Assembly: GCF_009914755.1 (NCBI RefSeq) | Contig: NC_060926.1 | DNA from: the human T2T-CHM13v2.0 reference genome, Homo sapiens | Strand: one strand, 5' to 3' | DNA length: 64,000 nucleotides | Position numbers and translations under genes: made by a program | Notes under the pieces: model-generated | The model's database searches: none | Told to the model about the DNA's origin: nothing | The model's input: only the letters and a program-made list of their open reading frames with translations | In this document: positions 32,287 through 48,492 of the stretch, piece after piece | How positions within the stretch are numbered: the first letter of the stretch is position 1 | Layout of the letters: each line of letters opens with the position of its first letter

Positions 32287-32371
32287 CACCAGCATGACAC
32301 ATGTATACATATGTAACTAACCTGCACATTGTGCACATGTACCCTAAAACTTGAAGTATAATAATTAAAAA
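32287..32371 (+). mobile_element. Extremely 5'-truncated L1PA (~85 bp)
   Basis: L1 3' terminus with perfect 14-bp TSD aagatgtgcagata (32273-32286, 32372-32385) at a tt/aag site. Confidence 0.92.
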
Positions 32372-32874
32372 AAGATGTGCAGATAAACACGCATATGCTT
32401 CATGTGGCAGCTCCCTTGGTTAAACATTTTTTTTTTCCTTTCCTATGAGACTTCCTGAACAAGTGAGCCCAGGTGGAACCTCTGCCTGTGTTAGGACCTA
32501 ACCTTTCTGTGGCTTTCTGGAATCCCTGGTGTCAGAGGTCAAGTGTGGATTACTGCTGCTTCCCCTCACCATCTTCTCCTTTCCTTCAGTCTGTCCTGAC
32601 AATGTGATACCCCACAGGATACACTGCCTCTTTGGCCCACTCAAGGGGGCATTTTGGTGATGCCCTGTGGCCTGCAGGCCCCCACCAGCTATCACGGTCC
32701 CCATCATCTTGCCTTCCCTGGCTCACAGGCTTTATTTTATGCCACTCTTCATCCCTCCTCTGTGCAGCTCCCGTTTTCCTTTTCTCTCCTTCTTCCTTTT
32801 CTCTATTTCCTTCCCCACCAATTTCTTTCCCTCTGTCACTTCCTCAGCGTGATCCCTGTTCCAGAGGTATAGGA

Positions 32875-35629
<2,755 letters not shown>

Positions 35630-36544
35630 GGAGTCATCAAGAAAGGTCAGCTTCTTCATCAAGGTTGGAGGCAGTGAAAACAACCCGAGTTCCAGTCCCT
35701 TCTGTGGGACCTAGCTTCTCCTCGCTGTCCCCACTTTACATCCATCTGCCCTGCCTGAAGACCCACCCTGGGGTCCTTAAGTTCCAGCATCAGACACCAA
35801 GGCAGTTTGCAGAGATCATCCAGTCAGCTACCACCATGCATCTGGCCAATCCCTCACCATGGGTATGCACAGCAGCTCTGCTTCTCTCACTGAACCCTGA
35901 CTGCTATAGGTCGGAAGTAAGGGCTGTGGCACCGTGGCACCTTGTACACTTTTTGACTTGAAATGCAAGAGGCAGAAGGGACAGGAGCAAGAGGAGAGCC
36001 TAGACCATGGCCTATTACAGTTTTTGTGGGAAAGACAGGCAGGGCAGGAGAAAGAGTTTAGGACTGGCTGGTTTGGATAATCTCAGTGGGCTCTGAGCTA
36101 TAAGGCTGGGCCCTTTGCTCTCTCTAATAATTGGCTGGCTTGGAAAGGGACTCCATTCTCAGCCAGAAAGGGATTTTAAGATGTGGAAACATCATAATAT
36201 ACAGAAAATTAACAAATACATGCAATACAGGAAGTATGCTCTTTTTTTTTCTCATGGATAAATACCTAGCAATAGAATAGCTGTGCTTTATGATAGGTAT
36301 ATGTTTACCTTTTTAAGAAACTGCCAAACAATATTCTCAAGTAGCTGTGCCATCCCACCACCAGGATATGAACGGACCAGCTCTTCCTGCTCACAAGCAC
36401 CTGGTGTTTTAGTCTGTTTGTGTTACTATGAATGAATACCTGAGACTGGCTAATGTATAAAGAAGAGATGTTCAGCCTTCAGTTCTGCAGGCTGTACAAG
36501 AAGCATGGAACCAACATCTGCATAAGACAATAGAGTTAGCCTAT

Positions 36545-38255
36545 CCCTTCCTGGCTTAAATCCTGGTGCCCACTTCTCTTCCTTACTAATAAATGTCCTT
36601 TGTGGCATTTTTTTTTCTAGATAGGGCACTTTTGCATGAATTAAAAACCAGTTTGGGCAGATATTCTTTCTCCTCGAAGCTTTTCCTCATGAATTCTGGG
36701 AACTCATCTGCTGCATATGGCTTCTGTTATCTTGACATTTTTAAAGCCAAACCTCTTCCTAAAACTAGCAAACCATTCTTTGCTGCCATTAAATTCTCCA
36801 GCTTCATATCCTTCACCTTTATTTAGCTTTGTGTTGTTATATAATGACTTTGTTTTTCTCAGGTCATAGTAGAGAATGTAGGTATGCCTTTCTTGTAACA
36901 AGCCTGTGCCCACATAATAGCTGCATTTTTATAATAAAATTTTATTTAGATAAGCATGATACAGAATTAATCTTTGACAACTTATCTATGGATATAATGA
37001 CTCTAGTTTCAGTCTTTTTCTTCTGAAATATGTGAGCTTTCCCCAACAATCTGGACTGTTTTCCTACCTTAATATTCTACTTTTGCTCTTGGATTTGTTG
37101 ATAGGGTCCAGAGGACTTCCCATGGGGCTGTAAAGAACTTATTCCTCCGTGTGGACTGTGCACACCGTGGTGCTGTCATTACTGTTACCACCAAGAGACT
37201 CCTTAAACACTTAGGATATATGAGAGTCTTCACTTGGTTAAAAAAATCTGCCAGTTTCTCAGAAAGACCTTTCTCACTATTAATCTTTAACCCATGGATG
37301 GAATCCTAGATATTTTTATCCATTAACTCTTTGAATATCCTTGTTTCTACCTTGGCAGTGGAGTCTACTGAGATTGAAAAGCTGCATTTTTAATATGAGA
37401 TGAAAAGGTATTTTGGAAAAAGTGCAAGGTTTGAAGCCTGCTGGCCTCACTGCAGTGATGGCTTAGTGAGTTTTCTTTTCTTTTTTTAACAATGGTCCTT
37501 ATCTGGTTTCATTTTTTTTTTTTTAAATGATGGCCAACCACAGCTGCAGTCCTCAACCTATGGTACATGTCAAGCAATTCAACTTTCATTATAATATCAT
37601 GAATTTCTTTGCTTCATGGGAGCACTTGAGGCATCACTAGTGACACTTTGTATGGGCACCATGGTATTATTTAGGGTTTCTGATATGCAGCAAACATGAC
37701 AAACAATGCATGAGAACTGTGAGATCAGTGTTTACTATGATACACAATTTACTGGAGGGATGAACTGCACACATGGAGATGATCAGCCTCACGTGGCGTT
37801 CTGAGTGGATACTTACAACACTTGAACTCCCTGCAATAGCAACAGGGGGTGGCTATGAAATTATCGCAATAGTACAGTAGGCACAGTTAACTCTATGCAC
37901 TTATGACTTAATGCTGCAACCTTACTTTTTTTACTTTTCTGTTGACTACAAATGGTGTCATGTATAGTCTGTGTTTGTGTGTATAAGTTTTGATAAATTT
38001 TAACTATTTAAAATAGATTTGTGTCCATATTATGGTAGTAAATGATAAAATAAACTAGTTACTGTATATATTTTATGCATTCCTGACACACTAAACTTTT
38101 TCTTAATTTTTTCACTATTGTAGGCTATGTGGTTTATCTGCAAGTCTTTTCAATTTGTTGCAAATCTCCATAACATTTTCTAATATATTTATTGCAACAA
38201 ATCTGCCTATAAATGGACCAACACCATTGAAACTCTTGATGTTCATGAATAACTG
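36545..38255 (-). mobile_element. Tigger2 5' portion (CENP-B-like HTH remnant)
   Basis: Minus ORF peptide GEFNGSKEWFASFRKRFGFKNVKIT is typical of Tigger transposase. Degenerate TIR near 38250. Confidence 0.75.
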
Positions 38256-38954
38256 TTTATAGAAATGAAATTAACTTTTACTTGTTGTATCCTGCAGCAA
38301 CGCTAAACTTACTTATCTATTCTTGGAGGTTGTTGTAGTTTGTTGGAAATTCCACATAGATGATCACGTTGTCTGTGAATGAGATCTTTTTACTTTTTCT
38401 TTCAAATCTGGATATTTTAAATTTCTTTTTCTTGTTTGACTGCATTGAATAAAACAATGTTGAATAGAAGTAGTAACTAGCCCCCCATCCTTGGCATGTG
38501 TCTGATCTGAGGAGTGGAGCTTTCAGTCTTTCACCATTAAGGATGATGTTAGCTGTGGGTTTTTCTAAGATGCCCCTGAATAGTTTTGGAAACTTTCCCT
38601 CTTTTTCCTTCTTTTGCTGATAAATTTTTTTGTCAGATATGGATTTTGAACTTTGTCAAACACTTTTTCTGTACCTATTGAGATCATTACATGGTTATAC
38701 TTTTTTAGTTTGTTTATATGGTATGTTACTTTGATTTATTTTTAAAGATTATTTATCATTCATTATGTTGAAATACGCATAGCGTACACTTATCATGTTC
38801 ACCACTTTAGGTGCACAGTTCAATATTGAGTACATTCACATTGCTCTGCAACCAACACCACCATTCATCTGCAGAACTCTCTTCATCTTCCCAAACTGAA
38901 GCTTGGGACCCATTAAACAATAATTGCCCATTCCCCTCTCCTCCAAGCCCTTAG

Positions 38955-39641
38955 TGTAACCACCCAAGGGGTTCTCCTTGTCTGCTGCCTAGACAGAACT
39001 GATTTATCAAGACAGGGGAATTGCAACAGAGAAAGAGTAATTCATGTGGAGCTGGCTGTGCAGTAGATTGGAGTTTTATTATTACTCAAATCGATCTCCC
39101 TGAGCAATTCAGGGAGCAGAGTTTTTAAGGACTACTTGGTGGGTTGGGAGAAGCCAGTAAGCCAGGAGTGCTGATCGGTCAGGGATGAAATCTTAGGGAG
39201 TTGAATCTGTCTTCTTGTGCTGAGTCAGTTCCTGGGTGGTGGCCACAGATCAGATGAGCCAGTTTATCTATGTGGATGCTGCCAGCTGATCCATCAAGTG
39301 CTGGGTCTGCAAAATATCTCAAGCACTGATCTTAGGAGCAGTTTAGGGAGGGTCAGAATCTTGTAGCCTCCAGCTGCATCAATCCTAAACCATGATATCT
39401 AATCCTGTGGCTGATGTTAGTCCTACAAATGCAGTCTAGTCCCCAGGCAAGAAGGAGGTCTGCTTTGGGAAAGGGCTGTTACTGTCTTTGTTTTATAAAA
39501 CTATAAACTAAGTTTCTCCCAAAGGTAGTTCAGCCTATGCCCAGGAATAACAAGCACAACTTGAAGGTTAGAGGCAAGATGGAGTCACTTAAGTTAGATC
39601 TCTTTCACTGTCTCAGTCATAATTTTGCAAATGTGGTTTCA
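38955..39641 (-). mobile_element. LTR8-like ERV1 solo LTR
   Basis: Minus strand begins tgaaaccacatttgcaaaattatgactgagacagtgaaagagatct; ~690 bp; TSD ttag/ttgg. Empty paralogous sites at ~13582 and ~49020. Confidence 0.85.
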
Positions 39642-41509
39642 TTGGCAACCACCATTCCTCTTTTTGATTCTATCAATTTGTCTATTTTGGATACCTCATA
39701 CAAGTAGAATGATATGGCAGTTGTCATTTAGTGACTGGCTTACTTTACTTAGCACAAAGTTCTCAAGGTTTATTCACGGTGTAGCACGTGTCAGAATTTC
39801 CTCCCTCTTTAAGGCTGAATTTTACTCCTTTGTTACCACATTTTGCTTATGCATTCATCTGCAGATGGGCACTTGGGGTGAGTTCACCTCTTGGCTGTTG
39901 TGAGTTACGCAGCTATGAACATGGTGGTACAACCTTGATTAATTTTCTAAAGTTAAGACCAGCCTTGCATCCCAGGGATAAACCCCGTGTGCTTGTAGTT
40001 TATGATCTTTTTATGTATTATATACTTAAAATATTATTGAATTTGATTTGCTAAAATATTGTTTTAAATTTTTGTTTCTAAGTTCATGAGGGTCTGTAGT
40101 TTTTCTATCTTATAGTGTCTTTATCTGGTTTTGATATTTTGGTAATGCTAGTCTTTTAAAATGAATTAGGAAATTCCATAGGCTTTTGGTTTCTGGACTA
40201 GACTGTGAGGATTTGGTATTATTTCTTCCTTTATTGTTTAGTAGAATACATTAGGGAAGTCATCTGAACTTCACTTTTTTGGTGGGAAAGTTTAAATTTC
40301 AAATTCAAATTCAATTTAAAAGATATTAGTTACTTCTATTTGGGTTATTTATTTCTTCTAGTGAGAAGATTGGGAGCTTGTGCCTTTAAAGAAATATGTT
40401 CATTTCATCTGTGTTTTAGACTTTATTGGCATAAACTTGTTCATGATATTCTGTTATCATTTTAATATTTGTAGAATATATGGTGATACCACCTCTCTCA
40501 TTACTGATATTGATAATTTATTTCTTCTTTCTTTTTTTCTGATCAGTCTGCTAGATAGAGCTTTATCAAGATAATTGATCTTCTCAAAAAGCCAGCTTTG
40601 GTTTCTTTAATTTTGTCTATTGATTTTCTGTTTTCTATTTCATTGATTTCTGCTCTGAAGTAAGCCTCCAGGGAAGATAAATTACTCACTGTCATTTTTA
40701 TTTTTCAAGGGCAGCCATCTGCAAGTGCCTCAGTTACCAAGTTAAAAGGTGACTGAGCAAATGTCTAGTATCAGTTAGGGTGTCCTGGAAGGAGACATTT
40801 TGTTCTCCTACAAGAACTATGCCCTGAGGTTTGCTGCAGAATCCCTCACTAAATGTTCTTCAGAGTGTAACCTGACATGCACTGCTGAGCTCACCCATGA
40901 AGGTGTTGAGAAAACCTGCAAGATGTGATTCAGCCCAATGCAACAAGTATTCCCATGGATTTCCTCTGTGCAAGGCATAGCATGGGTGCAGTGGAAGGAG
41001 GATGAAAACACAAGACATAACCTCAACATGAAGTACTACTCAGGAAACTGGGGCAGACCAATACATATATTCCCGAGGGAGGCACAAGGCCAGTGGAATA
41101 AGCCCACAGCAGAGGCCTACAGCTCTGTTCAGAATGTGGAAGCAGAGCAGGCAGAGAGAGGCAGCTCAGCAGAGTACTTGGGAAAGCATAGGGCCAGTGA
41201 CTCCTCACTGCAGGCAACATATCTGAAGAAAGCCATTTACAATAGGTGACAATCACATTCTATAAAAATCCATGGAAGGGTCCATGGAAGCAGGGTTGTC
41301 AATCTCATTATAGCATTTCAGAAGCTAGGAATGGAAGATTAAAAGCAGCAATGCCTATGCATTGCAGAGATGCAGGTGAGTCACAATTTCCTGTCAGGTA
41401 GGAGGTCAATGCTAAGGACCTTACTGTCTTTCCTTGGGCCATGAAATGCCAATTCCTTTCTGGGCAGAGGGCATTTGGTTGTCTCAAGCTAAAATCCACA
41501 TTTTGCTTT

Positions 41510-41818
41510 GCATCTGGGCAATTTACAAAAGAAGGAGGTTTATTGGACTTACAGTTCCACATGGCTGGGGAGGCCTCACAATCATGGTGGAAGGGAAGAA
41601 GGAGCAAGTCACATCTTACATGGACGGCACCACCCAAAGAGAGCTGTGTAGGGAAACTCCCCTCATAATACCATCAGATCTCATGAGATTTATTTGCTAT
41701 CAGGAGAACAGCACGGGAAAGACCTGGCCCCATGATTCAATTACCTCCACCAGGTCCCTTTCACAATATGTGGGAATTCAAGGTGAGATTTGGGTGGGGA
41801 CACAGCCAAACCATATCA
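41510..41818 (-). mobile_element. THE1 solo LTR (partial) in the UGT1A11P promoter
   Basis: THE1 LTR sequence ending ccaaaccatatca, absent from the equivalent UGT1A8 position (~55966). Confidence 0.88.
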
Positions 41819-42195
41819 GGGACAAATTCCAAAAACATTAGCTTTATTCAAATTTACTTTCCTTTTTACCTTTCTGAGTCGTCAAGTTCTAAAAGCACTG
41901 CTTAATTTTGTTTCTAAACTCACATTGCAGCACAGGGCATGATCTGCCCTCAAGACAAAGACCATAAGCTACTCTTTCCTGGAAAATGTACAAGTTGGTA
42001 TGTCAGCAAATGCTACTCATGTTTCTTATCCTTATGAGTAAATCATTGGCAGTATGTGTGATTTTTTTTGGGGGGTCAACAGGAAAATAAACGGCCTCTT
42101 TTTGGGGGCAGGTTTTGCCTGTATTTCTCCTGCCTACAAATATTATAGGAGCTTAGAATTCCAGCTGCTGGCTCACTCTTGGCTGAAGTTCTCTG

Positions 42196-43047
42196 ATGGC
42201 TCCTGCTGGGTGGAACGGCCCCCTTCACCTATGTGTGTGTCTGCTGCTGACCTGTGGCTTTGCCCAGGCAGGGAAGCTGCTGGTAGTGCCCATGGATGGG
42301 AGCCACTGGTTCACCATGAGGTCAGTGGTGGAGAAACTCATTCTCAGGGGCATGAGGTGGTCGTAGTCAGGCCAGAGGTGACTTGGCAACTGGGAAGATC
42401 ACTGAACTGCACAGTGAAGACTTACTCAACCTCATACATTCTGGAGGATCTGGACCGAAGTTCATGGTTTTCGCTGATTCTCACTGGAAATCACAAGTAC
42501 AAAGTCTATATCCTCTAGTGACATGTTCATCCAGTGGTATTTTGGACTTATTTTATTCAAATTGTAGAAGTTTGTTTAAGGACAAAAAATTAGTAGGATA
42601 CTCAAACGAGAGTTCTTTTGATGCAGTATTTCTGGATCCTTTTAATGCCTGTGGCTTTATTGTTGCCAAATATTTCTCCCTCCCCTCTGTGGTCTTCGCT
42701 AGGGGAATATTTTGCCACTATCTTGAAGAAGGTGCACAGTGCCCTGCTCCTCTTTCCTATGTCCCCAGAGGTCTCTTAGGGTTCTCAGATGCCATGACTT
42801 TCAAGGAGAGAGTGCGGAACCACATCCTGCACTTTAAGGAACATTTATTTGGCCCCATTTTTTCAAAAATGCCCTAGAAATAGTCTCTGAAATTCTCCAA
42901 ACACCTGTCACCGTATATGATCTTTACAGCCACACATCAATTTGGTTGTTGTGAACTGACTTTGTTTTGGACCATCCCAAAGCTGTGATGCCCAACACAG
43001 TCTTCATCAGTGGTACCAGCTGCCATCAGGGAAAGCCATTGCCTAAG
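42196..43047 (+). pseudogene. UGT1A11P: UGT1A exon-1 pseudogene, second cassette
   Basis: UGT1A-like exon of 852 bp with three 1-bp deletions (~42348, ~42457, ~42856) and TGA at 42952. Donor aag|gtaagt retained. Confidence 0.9.
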
Positions 43048-43114
43048 GTAAGTCATCTCTCCTTTAGTGTAGTAAGAATAATCTGGCTTTGCATCATAAA
43101 AAAAGATTTTGCAT

Positions 43115-45588
43115 TGTGTTAGGCCATTCTTGAATTGCTATAGAAAATACCTGAGACTGGATAATTTATAAAGAAAATGGGTTCAATTGGCTTATGATTT
43201 TGCAGGCTGTACTAGCATGGTGCCAGTATGTGCTTGTACAGCCTGCAGAACCATGAGCCAAGTAAACCTTCTGGGGGAGGGCTCAGGGAGCTTTTACTTG
43301 TGGTAGAAGGCAAAGTAGAAGCAGACATGTCACATAGCAAAAGCAAGAGCAAGAGAGAGTGAGAAGATGTGCCACGTACTTAAACAACCAAATCTTGTGA
43401 GTACTCACTATTACAAGGGCAGCATCAACTCATGAGAGATCTGCCCTCGTGACCCAAACACCTCCTACCAGGCCGCACCTCCAACACTGGGAACTACATT
43501 TCAACATGAGATTTGGACGGGACAAATATCCAAACTGTATCATTTCTCCCCTGCCTACTCCCCCAAATCTTATGTTCCTCTCATATTGCAAACTACAATA
43601 ATGCCTTTCCAATAGTCCCCCAAAATCTAACTCATTACATCACTTGCTCAAAATTCCAAAGTCCAAAGTCTCATCAGAGACAAGGCAAGTCTCTTCCACC
43701 TATCAGCCTGTAATAACAAACAGTTATTTACTTCCAAGTTACAATGGAGGTACAGGCATTGGGTGCTCCCATTCCAAAAGGGAGAAATCAGCCAAAAGAA
43801 AGGGGCTACAGGCCCCATGTGAGTTTGAAACCCAGCACGGCAGTCATTAAATCTTAAAGCTCCAAAATAATCTCCTTTGATTCCATGTCTCACATCCAGG
43901 ACACACTGGTGCAAGGGGTGGGCTCCCATAGCCTTGGACAACTATGACCCTGTGGCTTTGCAGGATTCAGGCCTCATAGCTGCTCTCACAGATTGTTGAG
44001 TGCCTGCAGCTTTTCCAGGAGCAAGGTGCAAGCTGCCAGAAGGTATACCATTCTGGGGTCTGGAGGATGGTGGTCCTCTTTCTCATAGCTCCACTAAGTG
44101 ATACCTTATTGTGGATTCTGTGTGGGGGTTCCAACCCCACATTTCCACTCTGCCCTAGTAGGGATTTGTTGTGAGGGCTCCACTCCTGTAGCAGGCTTTT
44201 TGCCTGCGCACCCAGGCTTTCCCATGCATCCTCTGAAATCTAGGTGGAGGGTGCCAAGCCTCCTTCACTCTTGCATTCTGCTCACCCACAGGCTTAACAC
44301 CACATGGAAGCCATCAAGGCTTATGACTTGCACCATCTGAGGCAGCAGCCCAAGCTGTATCTGGGGCCCTTTGAGCTGAGGCTAGAGCTAGAGTGGCTGG
44401 GATGTGGGGAGCAGTGTCCTGAGGCTGCACAGGGTAGCAGGGCCCTGGGCCTGGCCCACAAAATCATTCAGTCCTCATAGACCTCAAGGCTTGTGATGGG
44501 AGGGGCTGCCTTGGAGATCTCTGATATGCTTTTGAGGCCTTAGCATTTGGCTCCTTTTTAGTTATGCACATCTCTCTAACAAGTGGTGGCTCCATGTCCT
44601 GCCTGAATTGCTCTCCTGAAAAAGCTTTTTCTTTCTCTGCCACATGACGAAGCTGCACATTTTCCAAACTTTTATGCACTGCTTCCCCTTTAAATATAAT
44701 TTCCAACTTGAAGTCCTTTCTTTGTTCCTGCATCTAAGTGTAGGTTGTTACAAGAAGCCAGGCCACATCTTGAATGCTTTGCTGCTTAGAAATTTCTTCT
44801 GCCGGATACCCTAGGTCATCACTCTCAAGTTCAAACTTCCATAGGTCCCTAAGGCATGAACACAGTATAGCCAAGTTCTTTGTTAAGGCATAACAAGGGT
44901 GACCTTTACTCCAGTTTCCAATAACTTTCTCATTTTCACATGAGACCTCATCAACCTGGTGCTCATAGCCCATATTTTTATCAGCGTTTTGGTTACAATC
45001 ATTTAACCAGTCTCTAAGAAGGTGCAAACTTTCCCTTCATCTTCCTGTCTTCTTCTGAGTCCTGTAAACTCTTCAAACCTCTGCCTGTTACCAAGTTCCA
45101 AAGTCACTTCCATATTTTCAGTATCTTTATAGCAATGTCCCACTCTCAGTACCAATTTTCTATTGGTACTATTTTCTGTTGGTACCAATTTTCTATTCTT
45201 CATTGTGTAGCCATGAAGAAATGCTTGAGACTGGGTAACTGGTAAATAAAAGAGGTTTAATTGATGCAAGATTTTGCAGGCTGCACAAGCACGGTGCTGG
45301 CATCTGTTCATATTGTGGGGAAGCCTCAGGGAGCACTTACTCATGGCAGAAGGTGAGGCAGGAGCACATCACATGACAAAAGCAGGAGAAAGAGAGAGTC
45401 GATGGGGGTGGTCTGCACACTTAAACAACCATATCTTGTGAATACTCACCGACTACTGCAAGGACAGCACCAAGCTGTGAGGGATCCACCGCTATGATCC
45501 AAACACCTCCCATCAGGCCCCACCTCCAACATTGCGTATTATATTTCAACATGAGATTTGGGTGGGGACAAATATCCAAACTATAACA
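43115..45588 (-). mobile_element. Full MST (MaLR) element, LTR-internal-LTR
   Basis: Two MST LTRs (~43115-43542, ~45195-45588) with MaLR internal sequence, inserted ~70 bp after the UGT1A11P donor. Confidence 0.88.
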
Positions 45589-46735
45589 CTTACTGAACTG
45601 TGAGTTAACATTTTCATTTGTCACATTTGGAATTTTTTTCCAGTTATGTGAATCAGTTTGTGCCATTTCATGGACCTCTCAGCAATTTTTTATTTGTAGG
45701 TCATATCCAGTTGCACTTAAACATACTCTTTTTGGGAAAATACCAAAAACCACAGTGAGAAATGAAACTTCCCTTTATTGCTAATTCTATAGAAAATGCT
45801 CTTAGTAGTTTTGTGTGCATCATTTTCATTTTCTGAAATTATTTTATGTATATGCAGATATCTAATGTATATTCTCACACCTATTTTGTTAAAATAAATT
45901 CTAGTAGCAGGCTGAACATATTGTTCTTTACTTTGCATTTTTAATTTGCCAATAAATTATAGACATCTTTAGAGGCTGATGCAGACTGATTTGACAAGTT
46001 CTTTTAGTAATTGCATAAAAGTCTTTACTTTGGATTTAATGTAGTTTTTTCAACCAATTAATGTTGAGATAGATTTAGGCATTTTCCAAATTTGTCTTTG
46101 TGCACATTACTGTGTAAACACTCTTTAATACTTTCTTTACATTACTATATTTCCATATTCGTAGCCTCTGATGAATTCTTCATCATGTGGATCCCCAGCA
46201 GCTTTACTTCTCTCATTGAACCCTGACTGCTATAGAATGGAAGTAGTGGCTGTGGCAAAGTAGTACCTTGTACACTTTTTGACTTGAAATACAGGAGGCA
46301 GAAGCAATAGGAATGAGGGTAGAGGCTAGACCATAGCTCTACTGGAGTTTCTGCAGGAAAGGCAAGATAGGGCAGGAGAAACAGTTTAGCATTGGTTGGT
46401 TTGAATAATTTCAGTGGGCTCTGAGCTCTAAGGGCAGGCCTTTTGCTATCTGTAATAATTGGCTGACCCAGGGAGGTGCACTGCATCCCTACCAGATAGG
46501 GATTTTTAAGATGTGAAAATATCATAATATACAGAAAATTAAACAATACACACAATACAGGAAGTATTTTATTCTTATGGATAAATACCCAACAGTGGAA
46601 TAGCTGTGACTTATGGTAGGTGTATGGTTACCTTTTTGAGAATTTGCCAGACAACATTTACAAGCGGCCAGACCAAGGTGCCCTCCCACCACAAGCATAT
46701 GAGAGGTCCAGCTGTTCACACTCACCAACACTGGA

Positions 46736-47143
46736 TGTCTTAGTCCGTTTGCATTGCGATAAAGGAATACCTGAGGTTGGTTAATTTAGGAAGAATACAT
46801 GTTTATTTGGCTTGTGGTTCATTCAGGGTACAAGAAGTATGACACCAGCACCCACATCTGGCGAGAGACTCAGGCTGCTGCCACTCATGGCAGAAGGTGA
46901 GGGTGGAGGGTGCTGATCACATGGCTAGAGAGAAGCAAGAGAAAAAGGAGGCAGGTGCCAGGCTCTTTTTAATAATCAGGTCTTGCTGAAATGAATAGAT
47001 GGGAAGTTCACTCCTTACTGGGAGGGGGCACTAGGTCATTCATCAGGGATCCACCCAAACACCTCCCACTAAGCCCCACTTTCAACATTAGAGATCAAAT
47101 TTCAACACTTGATTTGGGAGGGACAGATAACTCAGCTATATCA
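46736..47143 (-). mobile_element. MST solo LTR
   Basis: tgtcttagtccgtttgcattgcgataaaggaatacctgag. Paralog of the LTR at 10927-11331 in the opposite orientation. Confidence 0.8.
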
Positions 47144-47648
47144 TCTGATATGGTCAGTCTTTTTCATTGCAACTATTTTAATGGGATATGGATTAAACCT
47201 CAGTTTTAGTTTGATTTCCCTAATCATTAATTATGTTGAACATCCTTACATGTGCCTGTTTGCCGTCTGTGTACCTTCTTTGGTTACTGTCTTTTGAAAT
47301 CTTTGCTCATGAAAAAACATAGATGTCTTTTTAAAAATAGACTTTTTATTTTACAATAAATTTAGATTTAAAGCAACGGTGCAAAAAACAGCACTGAGAA
47401 TTCCCATATATCCTTTGCCAGTTTCCCCTATTGATAAATCTTGGATTACTATGCACATTTATCACAACTCATTAACCAACACTGACATATTATGATGAAC
47501 TAAGGTCTATGTTTTCTTCAGATGTCATTAATTTTCACCTAATGTCCTTGTTCTTTTCTGGGATCCCATCCAGGATACCACATGACATTTGCTCATCACA
47601 TTTGTTTGATCTCCTCTAGCCTGTGACAGTTTTTCAGACTTTCCTTGG

Positions 47649-47942
47649 TTTTTTTTTTTTTTTTTTTTTTTTGAGATGGAGTCTTGCTCTGTCGCCCAGG
47701 CTGGAGTGCAGTGGCGCAGTCTCGGCTCACTGCAAGTTCCGCCTCCTGGCTTCATGCCATTCTCTGGCCCAGCCTCCGGAGTAGCTGGGACTACAGGCGC
47801 CCGCCACTGCGCCCGGCTAATTTTTTTTGTATTTTTAGTAGAGACGGGGTTTCACCATGGTCTCGATCTCCTGACCTTGTGATCCGCCGGCCTCGGCCTC
47901 CCAAAGTGCTGGGATTACAGGCGTGAGCAACCGCTTCCAGCC
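47649..47942 (-). mobile_element. AluY with a 12-bp left-arm deletion (AluYd-like)
   Basis: Y-type diagnostics (gcaagttccgcc, gccattctc), CpG-rich, gagaccatggtgaaa junction, TSD ttcctt(g/a)gtt. Confidence 0.85.
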
Positions 47943-47959
47943 TTCCTTAGTTTTGATAG

Positions 47960-48492
47960 CAGTTTGTTTACTGGCACTGCTTCTTCTATGGCTTCTTTAG
48001 TACCTGGTACAGATTCAAAAGCACCAATCTCCTTCAAGTCATCTTCTGCTGATTCCTCTGGTGTGGTGTCTATTCGTTCTTGAATTTTTCACAGATCCAT
48101 ATCTTGAAAGACCATATCCCCCAACTTTTGTTGCTGAATTAGAGATGTTGGGTTTGCAGGCAGGTAGACCACTTTGAAACCTTCAGTGTTGAACTCGTGG
48201 GTTCTGGGCGGCTAGGGGCATTGTCCAAAATCAAAAGAACTTTCAAAGACAGTCTCTTACTGGCAAGACAAAGCAATGTAGAACCAATCCAGAAGAAGTG
48301 TTCTTGTCGAGGCTTTCTTGTACAACAAAAAAGCTGGTAGTGGGTATTGATCTTTTCCCTTCAAGGTGTGGAGGCTAGCAGGTTTATAGATGCGGGCAGT
48401 CCTATTTGTAAATCCAATGGCATTTACACAAAGCAGTAGAGTTAGTTTATCCCTTCTTGCCCTGAATCCTTGTGTTTGCCTCTCTTCCTTAG
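47960..48492 (-). mobile_element. Tigger2 transposase fragments
   Basis: Reverse complement matches parts of 7570-8340. Confidence 0.8.
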
